A stretch of DNA of 64,000 bases, from positions 206,599 through 270,598 of the forward strand of contig JBEKTZ010000001.1 in the NCBI GenBank assembly GCA_049515535.1, read 5' to 3'. Origin of the DNA: Candidatus Aminicenantales bacterium (GTDB taxonomy: Bacteria > Acidobacteriota > Aminicenantia > Aminicenantales > UBA4085). The position numbers and the translations under genes are program-made. The notes under the pieces are model-generated. The model made no database searches, was not told the origin of the DNA, and saw only the letters and a list, made by a program, of their open reading frames with translations. This document shows, piece after piece, positions 7,760 through 16,675 of the stretch (positions are counted from its first letter, which is position 1; each line of letters begins with the position of its first letter).

Positions 7760-10053
7760 GCCCGCGCGCCTCCGCCGGCCCCGGATTCCCGGTAGTGATA
7801 GTGATAATGCTTGTAATAATATCCGAGATCCCGCACGTTCAGATGATTGAGCACGACGCCTATCGTCTTGATGTTCATCATATCGAGTTTCTCCTTGGCT
7901 ATTCTGAGGGATTCCCGGGACGTTTTCCCGCTCCAGACGATCAGGATGACGCCGTCCGTATGCGGGGCGACGACCAGGGCATCGGTCACGGCCAGGATCG
8001 GCGGCGTGTCCAGCACGATATAATCGAACCCCATAATCGAATGCTTCAACTGAGACAACAGCGCCGCCATCCTCTCCGACCCCAAGAGCTCCGCCGGATT
8101 GGGCGGGAGCGGGCCCGAATTGATCAAGAATAAGTTCTTGATCATCGTCGGCTTGATCAAGTCTTTGAATTCCGCGCCGATGGTCAGGCAGTTCGTCAGC
8201 CCGTGCAGGTTCTTGATGCCGAAGATACGGTGCTGACGCGGTTTTCTCAAATCGGCGTCCACGATCAGGACCCGCTTATTGTCCTGGGCCAGAGTGACCG
8301 CGAAATTGCAGATGTTGGCGCTTTTCCCCTCCGACGGCAGCGCGCTCGTGATGAGCATCGTTTTGCGGCTCGGCCCGGCCGAAGACAACAGGAATGCCGC
8401 TCGAAGCGACCTATAGCTCTCCGAGAAATTCGACTTGGGGGCGTAATGGGTAATCAGCTCGATATGGGTGATGGGTTTCTTTTTTTCGGCCTTGATTTCG
8501 TTCTCTTTTTCCGTTTTTCTTTCCTCTACACCCGCCTCGGCAATCTCTTCTTTTTTCCTCTTCCTTTCCTTCCTCTCCCCCTGCCCATATCCGTAGCCGT
8601 ACCCGTAGCCTTTTTTGTATCCGGCCTTGCTGAATTCCGGGATGATGCCGAGCGTCGGCAGGTCGGCCGACCGCTCCACGTCTTCGCTCGTTTTGACCGA
8701 ATTGTCCAAGTATTCCATCAGGAAGGCGAGCCCGAGACCGCCGAAGAGCCCCAGAAAAAGCGCCAGGAGCAGATTCCTCTGTTTGTTAGGGCTCGACGGC
8801 GCGACCGGCACCCTGGCCGGATCCACGACGCGGACATTCGACGTCCTCAATCCGCGGAGGCGGGCCGAGACGTCCGTTTCGCTCAGTCTCTTCATCAACG
8901 ATTCCAGCATATTTTTTTTATTATCGATCTCGATTTTCAAGCTGTTATAAGCGATGGCGTTGGAATTGAGCAGAAGCGCTTCCTGCTTCTGATTGTTGAA
9001 GACCCGGGTCAGGGACTGCTCCTTCTTCAGCGCGGCCTGGAAATCCGAATACGTGCCCTTGATAAAACTCTGCGTTTCAGCTTCGAGCGCCGCCCTGGTC
9101 GTTTCCAGCTCGGATTTCAGACGGACCATTTCCGGATAATCGGCCTTGTAGGTTTCCGTTTTCTTCTGATAATCGCGGCTCAGGCCGACATAGGTTTCGC
9201 GCAGTCTCTGGATCAATTGATTGCCCATGGTCTCGGGGATGTAATCCGGCGAAGCGATTTTGACCTCGTTGTAATACGTCTCTTTTTTGATTCTATCGAT
9301 CATCGCCTCGGTCAGAGCGCTGTTCAACGCCCCCAGCTTTTCGATTGTGGTCGTTTCCTTGTCGCTCAGGGCAACGATGTTTTTTTCCGCCCCGTATTTT
9401 TGGAGCTCCTGTTGGGCGCTATCGATCTCTTTTTTTAAAGACTTGATCTGATTGGAGAGAAACTCCGACGCCTGCTCGGTGGCGGCGTATTTCGCTTCGA
9501 TGCTCATGTCGACAAAGGCTTCGAAGAGCGCGTTCACGATGTCGGCCGCCATGTTCGGATCCGGATCGCTGTAGGCGATATCCACGAGCCGGGTCAGACG
9601 GACCGGAGTGACTTTGATCCCGCCCATCAAGGATTCGGCCAGTCCTCGCTTGAAACCCGCTTCTTTGGGATCCACAGGCCGGCCGTTATGATTCGCCGGA
9701 GCGGAATCGAGCTCCCGGGCTTTCTTCTCGGCCAGGCCCAGCTTATCCACCGTCCGCTCGGCCAGGGCATAGCTCTGGAGCAGTTTATACTGGGTTTGAT
9801 AATAATCATCCCTGAACGATTCGATCTGAAACATATCCTGGAACGTCAAAATATTCGGCTCTTTTTCGATGAGCAAGGTTCCTTTCGCCGTATATATCGG
9901 CGTCATCGTAAAAGTCTTGAACGCCGCGCCGGCTAATACGACCAGGACAAAAGCGGCGATCATCCATCGCCTCTTAGTGACGATCCTCCAATATTCATTT
10001 AGGTTGATCTCTTGCGGTTTTAAAGTGCTTTTTCCGTTGTTTATTTCGTTCAT
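7756..10053 (-). CDS. wzc: Polysaccharide co-polymerase / BY tyrosine autokinase
   Basis: Two TM segments, periplasmic coiled coil, Walker A SALPSEGKS, A' IVDADLRKP, B IVLDTPP, C-terminal Tyr cluster. Confidence 0.95.
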   Translation of the reverse strand: MNEINNGKSTLKPQEINLNEYWRIVTKRRWMIAAFVLVVLAGAAFKTFTMTPIYTAKGTLLIEKEPNILTFQDMFQIESFRDDYYQTQYKLLQSYALAERTVDKLGLAEKKARELDSAPANHNGRPVDPKEAGFKRGLAESLMGGIKVTPVRLTRLVDIAYSDPDPNMAADIVNALFEAFVDMSIEAKYAATEQASEFLSNQIKSLKKEIDSAQQELQKYGAEKNIVALSDKETTTIEKLGALNSALTEAMIDRIKKETYYNEVKIASPDYIPETMGNQLIQRLRETYVGLSRDYQKKTETYKADYPEMVRLKSELETTRAALEAETQSFIKGTYSDFQAALKKEQSLTRVFNNQKQEALLLNSNAIAYNSLKIEIDNKKNMLESLMKRLSETDVSARLRGLRTSNVRVVDPARVPVAPSSPNKQRNLLLALFLGLFGGLGLAFLMEYLDNSVKTSEDVERSADLPTLGIIPEFSKAGYKKGYGYGYGYGQGERKERKRKKEEIAEAGVEERKTEKENEIKAEKKKPITHIELITHYAPKSNFSESYRSLRAAFLLSSAGPSRKTMLITSALPSEGKSANICNFAVTLAQDNKRVLIVDADLRKPRQHRIFGIKNLHGLTNCLTIGAEFKDLIKPTMIKNLFLINSGPLPPNPAELLGSERMAALLSQLKHSIMGFDYIVLDTPPILAVTDALVVAPHTDGVILIVWSGKTSRESLRIAKEKLDMMNIKTIGVVLNHLNVRDLGYYYKHYHYHYRESGAGGGARA

Positions 10054-10082
10054 TTCAACTTACCTCTCTCTTGTAATTCGGG

Positions 10083-10174
10083 TACGAAATTCGGGGACAT
10101 GACCCAATTCTCTGGAATTGGGATCGTGTCGTCGAATTTCGTATTCTCTTGTGCGATCGTGTCGTCGAATTTCG
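10083..10174. repeat. REP-like hairpin copy (inverted relative to the other three) plus an extra half copy
   Basis: TACGAAATTCGGGGACA...CCCAATTC-tctg-GAATTGGG...TGTCGTCGAATTTCGTA (10083-10143); GATCGTGTCGTCGAATTTCG repeated at 10155-10174. Confidence 0.85.
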
Positions 10175-10177
10175 CCC

Positions 10178-10858
10178 TCATTTCTCCGCTTTCTCCGCGT
10201 CCCTCAGGAACATCTTCACCGTCTCCTTCGAATACGGATGGACGATCATTCCGTATAATAGCTCCGGAACCACGGTCACGACGTGGGCGCCCGCTGCCAG
10301 CCACTCGATGACGTTCAGGACCTCCCGGGTCGAGCCGGAGATGATCTTCGCCTTGAGGCCTTGGGCGTCAAGGACCTGCCGCGCCTTCCGAATTTCCTCG
10401 ACGCAGTTGTAGCCCATATTATTGACCCGGCCCCCGAAAATGGAAACATACGTCGCGCCGGCGAGCGCGGCCAACAGGCATTGCTGGGCGCTCATCATGG
10501 CCGTGACGTTGACCCGGACATCATTTTTCGTTTCCAGATCATGGACGATTTCGAGGTTCTCCAACTCCCCTTCAGGCCCATGGATCGTGATCTTCACCAC
10601 GATGTTCTTCGCCCAGCCGGCGAATTCGCGGGCCTGCTCGAGCATGGCTTTCGGCTCGTTCGTCGTGACTTCGACGGACAGCGGATGCGGCGTGATGAGC
10701 TTCGCGATCTCGATGGACCGGGTTTTGATGGCTTCACGGCCGCCCGTCACTCCCGCCTTGAGGAGAATCGTCGGATTCGTCGTCACCCCGCGGATGATCC
10801 CCATCCGCGCAAATCTCGCAACATCGTCGATCTTGCCGGTGTCTAAAAAAATACACAT
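10178..10858 (-). CDS. tal: Transaldolase (short TalC/FSA-like family)
   Basis: IFLDT, GVTTNPT, Schiff-base VVKI; LSVEV (Glu) and YVSIFGGR (Phe) match transaldolase rather than fructose-6-P aldolase (Gln/Tyr); GGAGG SD. Confidence 0.9.
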   Translation of the reverse strand: MCIFLDTGKIDDVARFARMGIIRGVTTNPTILLKAGVTGGREAIKTRSIEIAKLITPHPLSVEVTTNEPKAMLEQAREFAGWAKNIVVKITIHGPEGELENLEIVHDLETKNDVRVNVTAMMSAQQCLLAALAGATYVSIFGGRVNNMGYNCVEEIRKARQVLDAQGLKAKIISGSTREVLNVIEWLAAGAHVVTVVPELLYGMIVHPYSKETVKMFLRDAEKAEK

Positions 10859-10871
10859 TTTTCCTCCGTAA

Positions 10872-11039
10872 CAGTAATCAGTAATCTGTCATCAGTGAAC
10901 AGTAATTAGAAATCAGTAACCAGTAATCGGTGAACAGTTCTCAGTTATGAGTAATCAATGAACTGTAATCAGTAAGAAGTAACCTGTAAGAAGTAATCGG
11001 CAATCAGTTATCAGCAAGAAGCAATCAGTATTCAGAAAT
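10872..11039 (+). repeat. Degenerate heptamer tandem array (CAGTAAT)x24
   Basis: 24 units in perfect 7-bp phase (cagtaat cagtaat ctgtcat cagtgaa ... cagtatt cagaaat); the last two overlap the end of the four-helix-bundle gene. Confidence 0.95.
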
Positions 11040-11387
11040 CATTGACATTTTTAGGGAGTTAAGAAGACCAAAAAGCATTTTCCTTATGGTTTCAAGTTCA
11101 GCCAAAAAATCTTCCGACTTCAATAAATTCAGATTAGCTGAAATGAGCAATAGGGTCTCGATTTCACTTAACGATCCGATTCCGATATAAATGAATTGTA
11201 TAAATTCTTTTTTAGTCTGTCTTGCCGCTCCTTCGGCAATATTCGCCGCTATTGAAACCGCTGCTCTACGAATTTGTGATTTTAAGCCGAATTCTTCTGA
11301 CTTAGGAAAATCATTTGTCGCAGTATATATTTGCGTGACAAAACGCATGGCTCTCTTCCATACATCCAAATCTTTATGCGTTTTCAC
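11025..11387 (-). CDS. Four helix bundle protein (23S rRNA intervening-sequence protein / Avd-like family)
   Basis: HKDLDVWK...FPKSEEFGLKSQIRRAAVSIAANIAEG...EFIQFIYIGIGSLSEIETLL signature; AT-richer than neighbours. Confidence 0.93.
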   Translation of the reverse strand: MKTHKDLDVWKRAMRFVTQIYTATNDFPKSEEFGLKSQIRRAAVSIAANIAEGAARQTKKEFIQFIYIGIGSLSEIETLLLISANLNLLKSEDFLAELETIRKMLFGLLNSLKMSMISEY

Positions 11388-11557
11388 TTCTTCCTCTTCA
11401 CTTTTTCTTTTTACTGTTCACTTCTTTCTGTTTACTGTTTTCTTCTTATTATTCACTTTTTACTTCTTACTGATCACCGTTCACTGCTTACTGCTTTCTG
11501 CTTACTTCTTACTGCTTACTGATCACTGTTCACTGCTTACTGTTTCACTGATTACTT
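11383..11557 (-). repeat. Degenerate heptamer tandem array (CAGTAAG on minus strand, ~24 units), inverted relative to 10872-11039
   Basis: Plus strand tttactg ttcactt ctttctg ... cttactg atcactg ttcactg ... attactt; two 1-nt phase slips; includes the upstream gene's stop codon and the SD/GTG of the bundle gene. Confidence 0.93.
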
Positions 11558-12211
11558 TGTGCTTTCCCACTTCGTTTCGTGTATTTTCAGGGCTGGATGG
11601 CTGGTGAGCAGGTGCCAGACCACGGCCTGAAAAGCCTCGGTGTGCGGAGTTATCGTCTCATGATTCACCGGAGGAATGATGACGCAGGCGTCGGCCCCGC
11701 GGGCCGTAAACCCGCCGTCTCTGCCGACAATACCCAGGACGATCGCGTTGCAGACCTTGGCGAATTCCACCGCCCGAACGAGGTTCGAACTGATGTTTTT
11801 CTCCAGATTCCCGCCGCCGACGGAAAGCACGAAAACCCCGTCGTTTTCGCACAGCCGGCTTTTTTTCAGCCATTCGACGAAAATATATTCCCAGCCCTCA
11901 TCGTTGATCCTCGCCGTCAGCTCGGAAATATTATCGACCGGAGTGTAGGCTTCGAACCCGCAGATTTTGCGAAAATCGTTCACAGCGTGCGAGGCGTTCG
12001 CCGCGCTTCCGCCTACGCCAAGGAAAAAAAGGCGGCCGCCCCGCTCGCGGATCTCGACAAGAGCCTGGATCATTCGATTGATGCTGTCCTTGTCGAGCTG
12101 ATCGACGATGTCCTTGACTTCGGACAAATAGCCCTCTGTATAATCCGGCTCGAGTTCCCGGACGATCGCTGGAAATAAAGCCAGGTTGAGGTTGTCAGTC
12201 AGGAAGCCCAT
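11552..12211 (-). CDS. SIS-domain phosphosugar isomerase (GmhA-like)
   Basis: FFLGVGGSAANASHAVNDF, TARINDEGW, SVGGG, SSNLV, GRDGG, PHTEAFQ. Start placed at MGFLTD (SD-like GGAAGGG upstream). Confidence 0.88.
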   Translation of the reverse strand: MGFLTDNLNLALFPAIVRELEPDYTEGYLSEVKDIVDQLDKDSINRMIQALVEIRERGGRLFFLGVGGSAANASHAVNDFRKICGFEAYTPVDNISELTARINDEGWEYIFVEWLKKSRLCENDGVFVLSVGGGNLEKNISSNLVRAVEFAKVCNAIVLGIVGRDGGFTARGADACVIIPPVNHETITPHTEAFQAVVWHLLTSHPALKIHETKWESTK

Positions 12212-13385
12212 ATTTCCCTTCCAGGATGAATTCATGTGCGATCTCCTTGAGATAATTTTTCCCCGCTTCAGTGATCCCAAAACTCACCGGATCATAAAAT
12301 CGTCCGTCCACGAAGCGATGAAGCTCGGCCATGGAGGCGAAGCCGGAGAGCGGGCATTCTTCGACCTCAAACCCCGCTCCTCGCTTTTGAATAGTCAGCA
12401 GGCTCGTCTCGCTGCCGGAGCCGAGCATTATTTCCACAGCCCGCCGGCCGAGCCTATCGGCCCAGACTCTGTCCAAAGGAGTCGACGCTCCCGCGCGATA
12501 AAGATAAGATGGATTCACGGCATTCACATTCCTCGTGTCAAAACGATCGGCCAGGTCTTTTTTAAGCCGGCTTTTCAAAGCCTCGGCGGCGCCGCCGAAC
12601 CTGGGATGGCCGTAATCCGGCCCTTCATCATCTTCAGCGCTGATGAATGATCCATCCGCCCATTTCGCGCCCTCAGCCGCCACGATAATGAGATGTCTCC
12701 TCCGCTCATACGCTGAAATCACGGCATCTAAAAATCTTTCGTAGTCCAACGGGAACTCGGGAATGATGATAAAATCGGGATTCCCCAGCCCCGCTGCCAG
12801 AGCCAGCCAGCCGGCATGCATTCCCATAGCCTCGACAACGATGATTCGTTCATGGGAATAGGCCGTCGTGCGCAGCCCTTCCTTCAGGCTTACGAAAGAC
12901 GCGATTTTTTCAGCGGCGGTCGGAAAACCCAAGTTAAAATAATTGAGGACATTTTCGGGATCGAACCCGGCCGCTTTTTCGTTTCCGCGGACGTCCATCT
13001 TTCCTACATCGTTGTCGATTGTCTTAGCAATCAAAACCTGGCGGAATCCGCCAAGTCGAAAAGCATTGGAGAGGGTATCTTCTCCGCCGACGACGATCAG
13101 CCCTTCGAGTCTGAGCTTTGCGAATACACCGAGCGCTTTTTCCGGGCCGTTTTCCATTCGCCCGAGGCCTGTCCGGGACGACTTCAGAACCGTCCCCCCA
13201 ATTTCAGGATTTAGCGGGAATTCCGTAAGCTCGACGAATTTCTCTTCAAGAACCCCCTGCCATCCCTTGATGAAGCCGATCAATTTCGCGCCCGCCGCCC
13301 TGGCGGTCTCGGCGGCCGACGCGATCAAGGCATTGAGCGGCGGCACATCCCCGCCGCCGGTGAGAATAGCGATTTTCTTTTCCAT
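12195..13385 (-). CDS. Phosphofructokinase family protein, PPi-dependent signature
   Basis: ILTGGGDVPPLN, GGTVLKSSRT, GGEDT, AKTIDND, VEAMG, IIIPE motifs; start at MEKKIA. Confidence 0.88.
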   Translation of the reverse strand: MEKKIAILTGGGDVPPLNALIASAAETARAAGAKLIGFIKGWQGVLEEKFVELTEFPLNPEIGGTVLKSSRTGLGRMENGPEKALGVFAKLRLEGLIVVGGEDTLSNAFRLGGFRQVLIAKTIDNDVGKMDVRGNEKAAGFDPENVLNYFNLGFPTAAEKIASFVSLKEGLRTTAYSHERIIVVEAMGMHAGWLALAAGLGNPDFIIIPEFPLDYERFLDAVISAYERRRHLIIVAAEGAKWADGSFISAEDDEGPDYGHPRFGGAAEALKSRLKKDLADRFDTRNVNAVNPSYLYRAGASTPLDRVWADRLGRRAVEIMLGSGSETSLLTIQKRGAGFEVEECPLSGFASMAELHRFVDGRFYDPVSFGITEAGKNYLKEIAHEFILEGKYGLPD

Positions 13386-13398
13386 TCGACCGCGGTAT

Positions 13399-14469
13399 TC
13401 AGGAGAGAATAGGAATTCCAGTTCGAACTTCGGCCGGCTTGTCGGTCCGGGCCGAGGCATAGACGGCTTCGATCATCACGTTGGCCATCCAGCCGTCGTA
13501 TCCGGAGCCGAGCGGTTCCCGGCCCTCACGGACGGCCGAGGCGAACTCCCGCCATTCATTTTCCCAAGATACATCGGGACCGCTGACTTCGATGACTTCC
13601 TCTTCCGGCGCTCCTCCAAGATATCGTGTCCGGGATACATCGCCATCGGCCGGAAATTCGGCCGTCGTTTTCCTTCGGCCGATAATGAGTTTTTCCATGC
13701 CATAGCTCCCGCCCAAACCGACGACGAGGGCGTATCCTTTTTCTCCGAAGATTTCGAATAAGAATTTATTTTTCCATTGGGCCCAGCTCGTATGCATCTG
13801 GGCCACCTGCCCTTTTGCGGTCTTGAACATAGCGAAGGCATTGTCCTCGACTTCCACGGGCCACGAATACGTCCGCGTATATCCGAAGACGTTCACGAAT
13901 TCCCCCATGAACCATCGGAACAGATCGACGACGTGGACGCCCTGATCGAGCAGCTCGCCGCCGCCGCAGATCTCCCGGTTCGCCCGCCACTCCTTTTCAT
14001 AGCCCGGCCGGCCGCCATGGCCGTAAATGCATCGAATGAGATACAATTCTCCCAGCTCCCCCTCCTCGACCAAGCCTTTTGCCTTCCAAACCGCGGGATG
14101 GTGGCGATGATTGAACCCGGTCTTAAGGATACGACCGGCGCGTCGAGCCGCCCGCCACATCGCCTCCGCTTCCCCGGCATTTCGTCCCAGAGGTTTCTCG
14201 CACAAGACATGTTTTCCGCTCTCGAGCGCGGCGATCGAGATATCTTTCAAGAATATATTCGGGGTGGCGACAATGACCGCTTCGATCCGAGGATCATCTA
14301 CGACGGATCTCCAATCAGAGGCCGGTTTTCCTCCGCACAAGCCGGCTAAAACTTGCGCTTTCTCGATTTCGATGTCACAGATAAGGATGATCTCGTCTTT
14401 TTTTTCGGCGGAGATCACCTCCGCCCTTTTTCTTCCGATCAACCCAGCGCCGATAATTCCAGTCCTCAT
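13399..14469 (-). CDS. Gfo/Idh/MocA family oxidoreductase
   Basis: GIIGAGLIG, HVLCEKP, GFNHR, GGGELLDQGVHVVD. Confidence 0.93.
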   Translation of the reverse strand: MRTGIIGAGLIGRKRAEVISAEKKDEIILICDIEIEKAQVLAGLCGGKPASDWRSVVDDPRIEAVIVATPNIFLKDISIAALESGKHVLCEKPLGRNAGEAEAMWRAARRAGRILKTGFNHRHHPAVWKAKGLVEEGELGELYLIRCIYGHGGRPGYEKEWRANREICGGGELLDQGVHVVDLFRWFMGEFVNVFGYTRTYSWPVEVEDNAFAMFKTAKGQVAQMHTSWAQWKNKFLFEIFGEKGYALVVGLGGSYGMEKLIIGRRKTTAEFPADGDVSRTRYLGGAPEEEVIEVSGPDVSWENEWREFASAVREGREPLGSGYDGWMANVMIEAVYASARTDKPAEVRTGIPILS

Positions 14470-14500
14470 AACCAGTTGTTGTGCACTCAGCTGTATAGGA

Positions 14501-15355
14501 TCACGTCTTTTTAAAGAACGATTTATTATCGATCCTTCTGATCGTGCAAAAATCTTTGTCAGACCGAAGGGTGCTCAGAAATTCCGGTGAGTCCCAGGGG
14601 TCCCAAGGGGCGGATATGAACTTGCCCGTGATCCCGTCGGAATCAGCGGACAAAAGAAAAGCGGTCAGATCAGCCGCTTTTTCGGGGGGAACCCCACCGC
14701 TTTCCATTTGTTTTTTTGTTCCCTCATAAAAAGAGGCGCCCGCGGCTTCGCTTCCTACGGCCAGCGTCTGTTGATGTAATCTCGTAATGACAAATCCCGG
14801 CGCTATGCAGTTGACATCAATGTTCTCCGCCGCCAGTTCAATCGCGATATTTTCCGTATATCTGACAATGGCTATTTTGCTTGTCGCATACGCGGAATAG
14901 TTAGGAAAAGGGCTCGCAGCGCCTCCCCCGGAATAGCTGACGATTTTTTTGCGCGAGTGTGATTTCATTATCGGGGCAAAGATGCTGCACATGTAAACAG
15001 CGCCCATAAAATTAATGTTCATGGCCTCTTTGAATTCTTGAAGGCTGACGGCGGTCGTTCTACCGATCGGTCCGTAAACGCCGGCACAATTGACAAGACC
15101 GCTGATATCACCCACTTCGTTTACGCACCAGGAAGCGAATGCCTTTACCTTATTGAGATCACTGACATCCAATGAATAGGAGCGAACAGCGGCGCCCGGA
15201 CTTCCCTTTAACTCGGCGACGGATCTCAGAAGATCTTTTTGATTCCTGGCCGCAATGACGACCTGAGCGCCCTCGGCCACGCATTTTTTCGCCACGGCAA
15301 AACCGATCCCCAGGCTTCCTCCCGTAATGACGATGTTTTTTCCCTGGAGCTTCAT
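14501..15355 (-). CDS. Classical SDR oxidoreductase
   Basis: ITGGSLGIG, VNCAG, YATSK, IAPG. Confidence 0.92.
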   Translation of the reverse strand: MKLQGKNIVITGGSLGIGFAVAKKCVAEGAQVVIAARNQKDLLRSVAELKGSPGAAVRSYSLDVSDLNKVKAFASWCVNEVGDISGLVNCAGVYGPIGRTTAVSLQEFKEAMNINFMGAVYMCSIFAPIMKSHSRKKIVSYSGGGAASPFPNYSAYATSKIAIVRYTENIAIELAAENIDVNCIAPGFVITRLHQQTLAVGSEAAGASFYEGTKKQMESGGVPPEKAADLTAFLLSADSDGITGKFISAPWDPWDSPEFLSTLRSDKDFCTIRRIDNKSFFKKT

Positions 15356-15357
15356 CT

Positions 15358-16647
15358 TTATCCTCTCCCCAATGAAATATAGCGAAATCCGATCTTTTTC
15401 ATTTGATCCTCGTCAAGACAGTTCTTTGTATCAAAGAATATCGGCCTTCTCATCTCCTTCTTTATCGAACTCCAGTCGAACTGCTTGAATTCTTCCCATT
15501 CCGTCAATAAAACAAGCAAATCCGAATCCTTCGCGGTTTCAGGGATATTTTTACCTACGTGAAAAGCCGGCGCGGCGCTTAATTCCTCATAGTCGGCTTT
15601 GGGATCATAAGCGCTCACCATCGCCTTTTCCTGAACGAGCCTGCCGGCAATCTCCATGGGAAGGCTCCGTCTCAGCGTGCTTGTTCCCGGTTTATACGTC
15701 AAGCCGAGGATACCGATTCTTGCGCCTTCAATTTCTCCCAACGCGGTCTTGATCTTACTTACGATCCCATTTATCCTTCCCCTATTCAGATCTATTACAT
15801 AACCAAATAAATTACTGCCCACAGGATGAGCGTGGTCTTGCCGGCTAAGTACCATAAGATCTCTTCCAAGAGTGCCACCCGAAAATCCGATCCCCGGCGT
15901 TAAATATGCTTTTTCTCCAATCCGGGGATCCGATTTCATCCCCTTGATGACATCATCGATCCTCGCACCATGGGATTCGCAAATATCCGAGAGGCCATTA
16001 GCGAAGACTATGCTTGTCGCCAGGAACGAGTTAATTCCATGCTTGACCAACTCCGCGCTCTCCAAGTTCATCGAAATGATATTATCGGCAATTTCTTGAA
16101 AGAGCTGTCTACATTTTTTCTCCGCTTTAACACTATTGGCGCCAAGAATTATCCTTCCGGGCGTCATGTAGCATTCCAAAGCAGCGCCCAGCCTTAGGTT
16201 TTCGGGAGAATAGGCAAGGTCAAGGGTCTTGTTTATTTTGGTAAGTTCCTCCCTTAAATGCGTACAGAATCCGATCGGAGATTGAGAACTAATAATAAGA
16301 ATAGAGCCATTCTTAAGAATATTCCTTACTCTTATAACCGAATTCTCAAGGATGGAAATATCGCTCGCATCATCATCTCCGACAGGGGTATCATAGGCCA
16401 GAAATACATAATCGCAGTTCCTTAAGGTCTCGAGTTCGGTGGAAAATGATAGTTTATTTGAAGAGATACCCCTTTTTATCTCCGTCTCGAGCATTGGCTC
16501 ATAAATTGGAGGAATTCCCTGCTGCAGTCGGCTGATCCTGGAAGGATCGAAATCGACTCCATAGACGCGGTGGCCCAGTTTTGACCATGATGCGGCAATG
16601 ACGCAGCCTAAATGCCAAAGTCCTATGACCCCAATATTCTTCTTCAT
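15358..16647 (-). CDS. UDP-glucose/GDP-mannose dehydrogenase family protein lacking the catalytic Cys
   Basis: GVIGLWHLG, YSPENLRLG, SAELVKH, LGLTYKPGT; catalytic loop GFSGGTLGRD instead of G-x-G-G-x-C-x-P-K-D. Confidence 0.88.
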   Translation of the reverse strand: MKKNIGVIGLWHLGCVIAASWSKLGHRVYGVDFDPSRISRLQQGIPPIYEPMLETEIKRGISSNKLSFSTELETLRNCDYVFLAYDTPVGDDDASDISILENSVIRVRNILKNGSILIISSQSPIGFCTHLREELTKINKTLDLAYSPENLRLGAALECYMTPGRIILGANSVKAEKKCRQLFQEIADNIISMNLESAELVKHGINSFLATSIVFANGLSDICESHGARIDDVIKGMKSDPRIGEKAYLTPGIGFSGGTLGRDLMVLSRQDHAHPVGSNLFGYVIDLNRGRINGIVSKIKTALGEIEGARIGILGLTYKPGTSTLRRSLPMEIAGRLVQEKAMVSAYDPKADYEELSAAPAFHVGKNIPETAKDSDLLVLLTEWEEFKQFDWSSIKKEMRRPIFFDTKNCLDEDQMKKIGFRYISLGRG

Positions 16648-16675
16648 GAGATCTCCGTATTTACATGTTAAGCTT

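Noticed and set aside
5497..9438. Long plus-strand ORFs (5497-6492, 8203-9438) and similar antisense ORFs throughout
   Set aside because: Shadow frames of well-supported minus-strand genes in GC-rich DNA; no recognisable motifs.
10050..10304. 84-aa ORF with repeated KFDDTI
   Set aside because: Translation of the REP-like hairpin and its half copy, overlapping the transaldolase.
10872..11557. CRISPR array or DGR
   Set aside because: Units are 7-bp tandem repeats with no spacers; there are no cas genes, and no reverse transcriptase or TR/VR pair despite the Avd-like fold.
11191..11607. Plus-strand ORFs 11191-11607 and 11331-11522 resembling membrane proteins
   Set aside because: Their Leu/Phe/Thr-rich sequence is just the translation of the heptamer array, antisense to a real gene.
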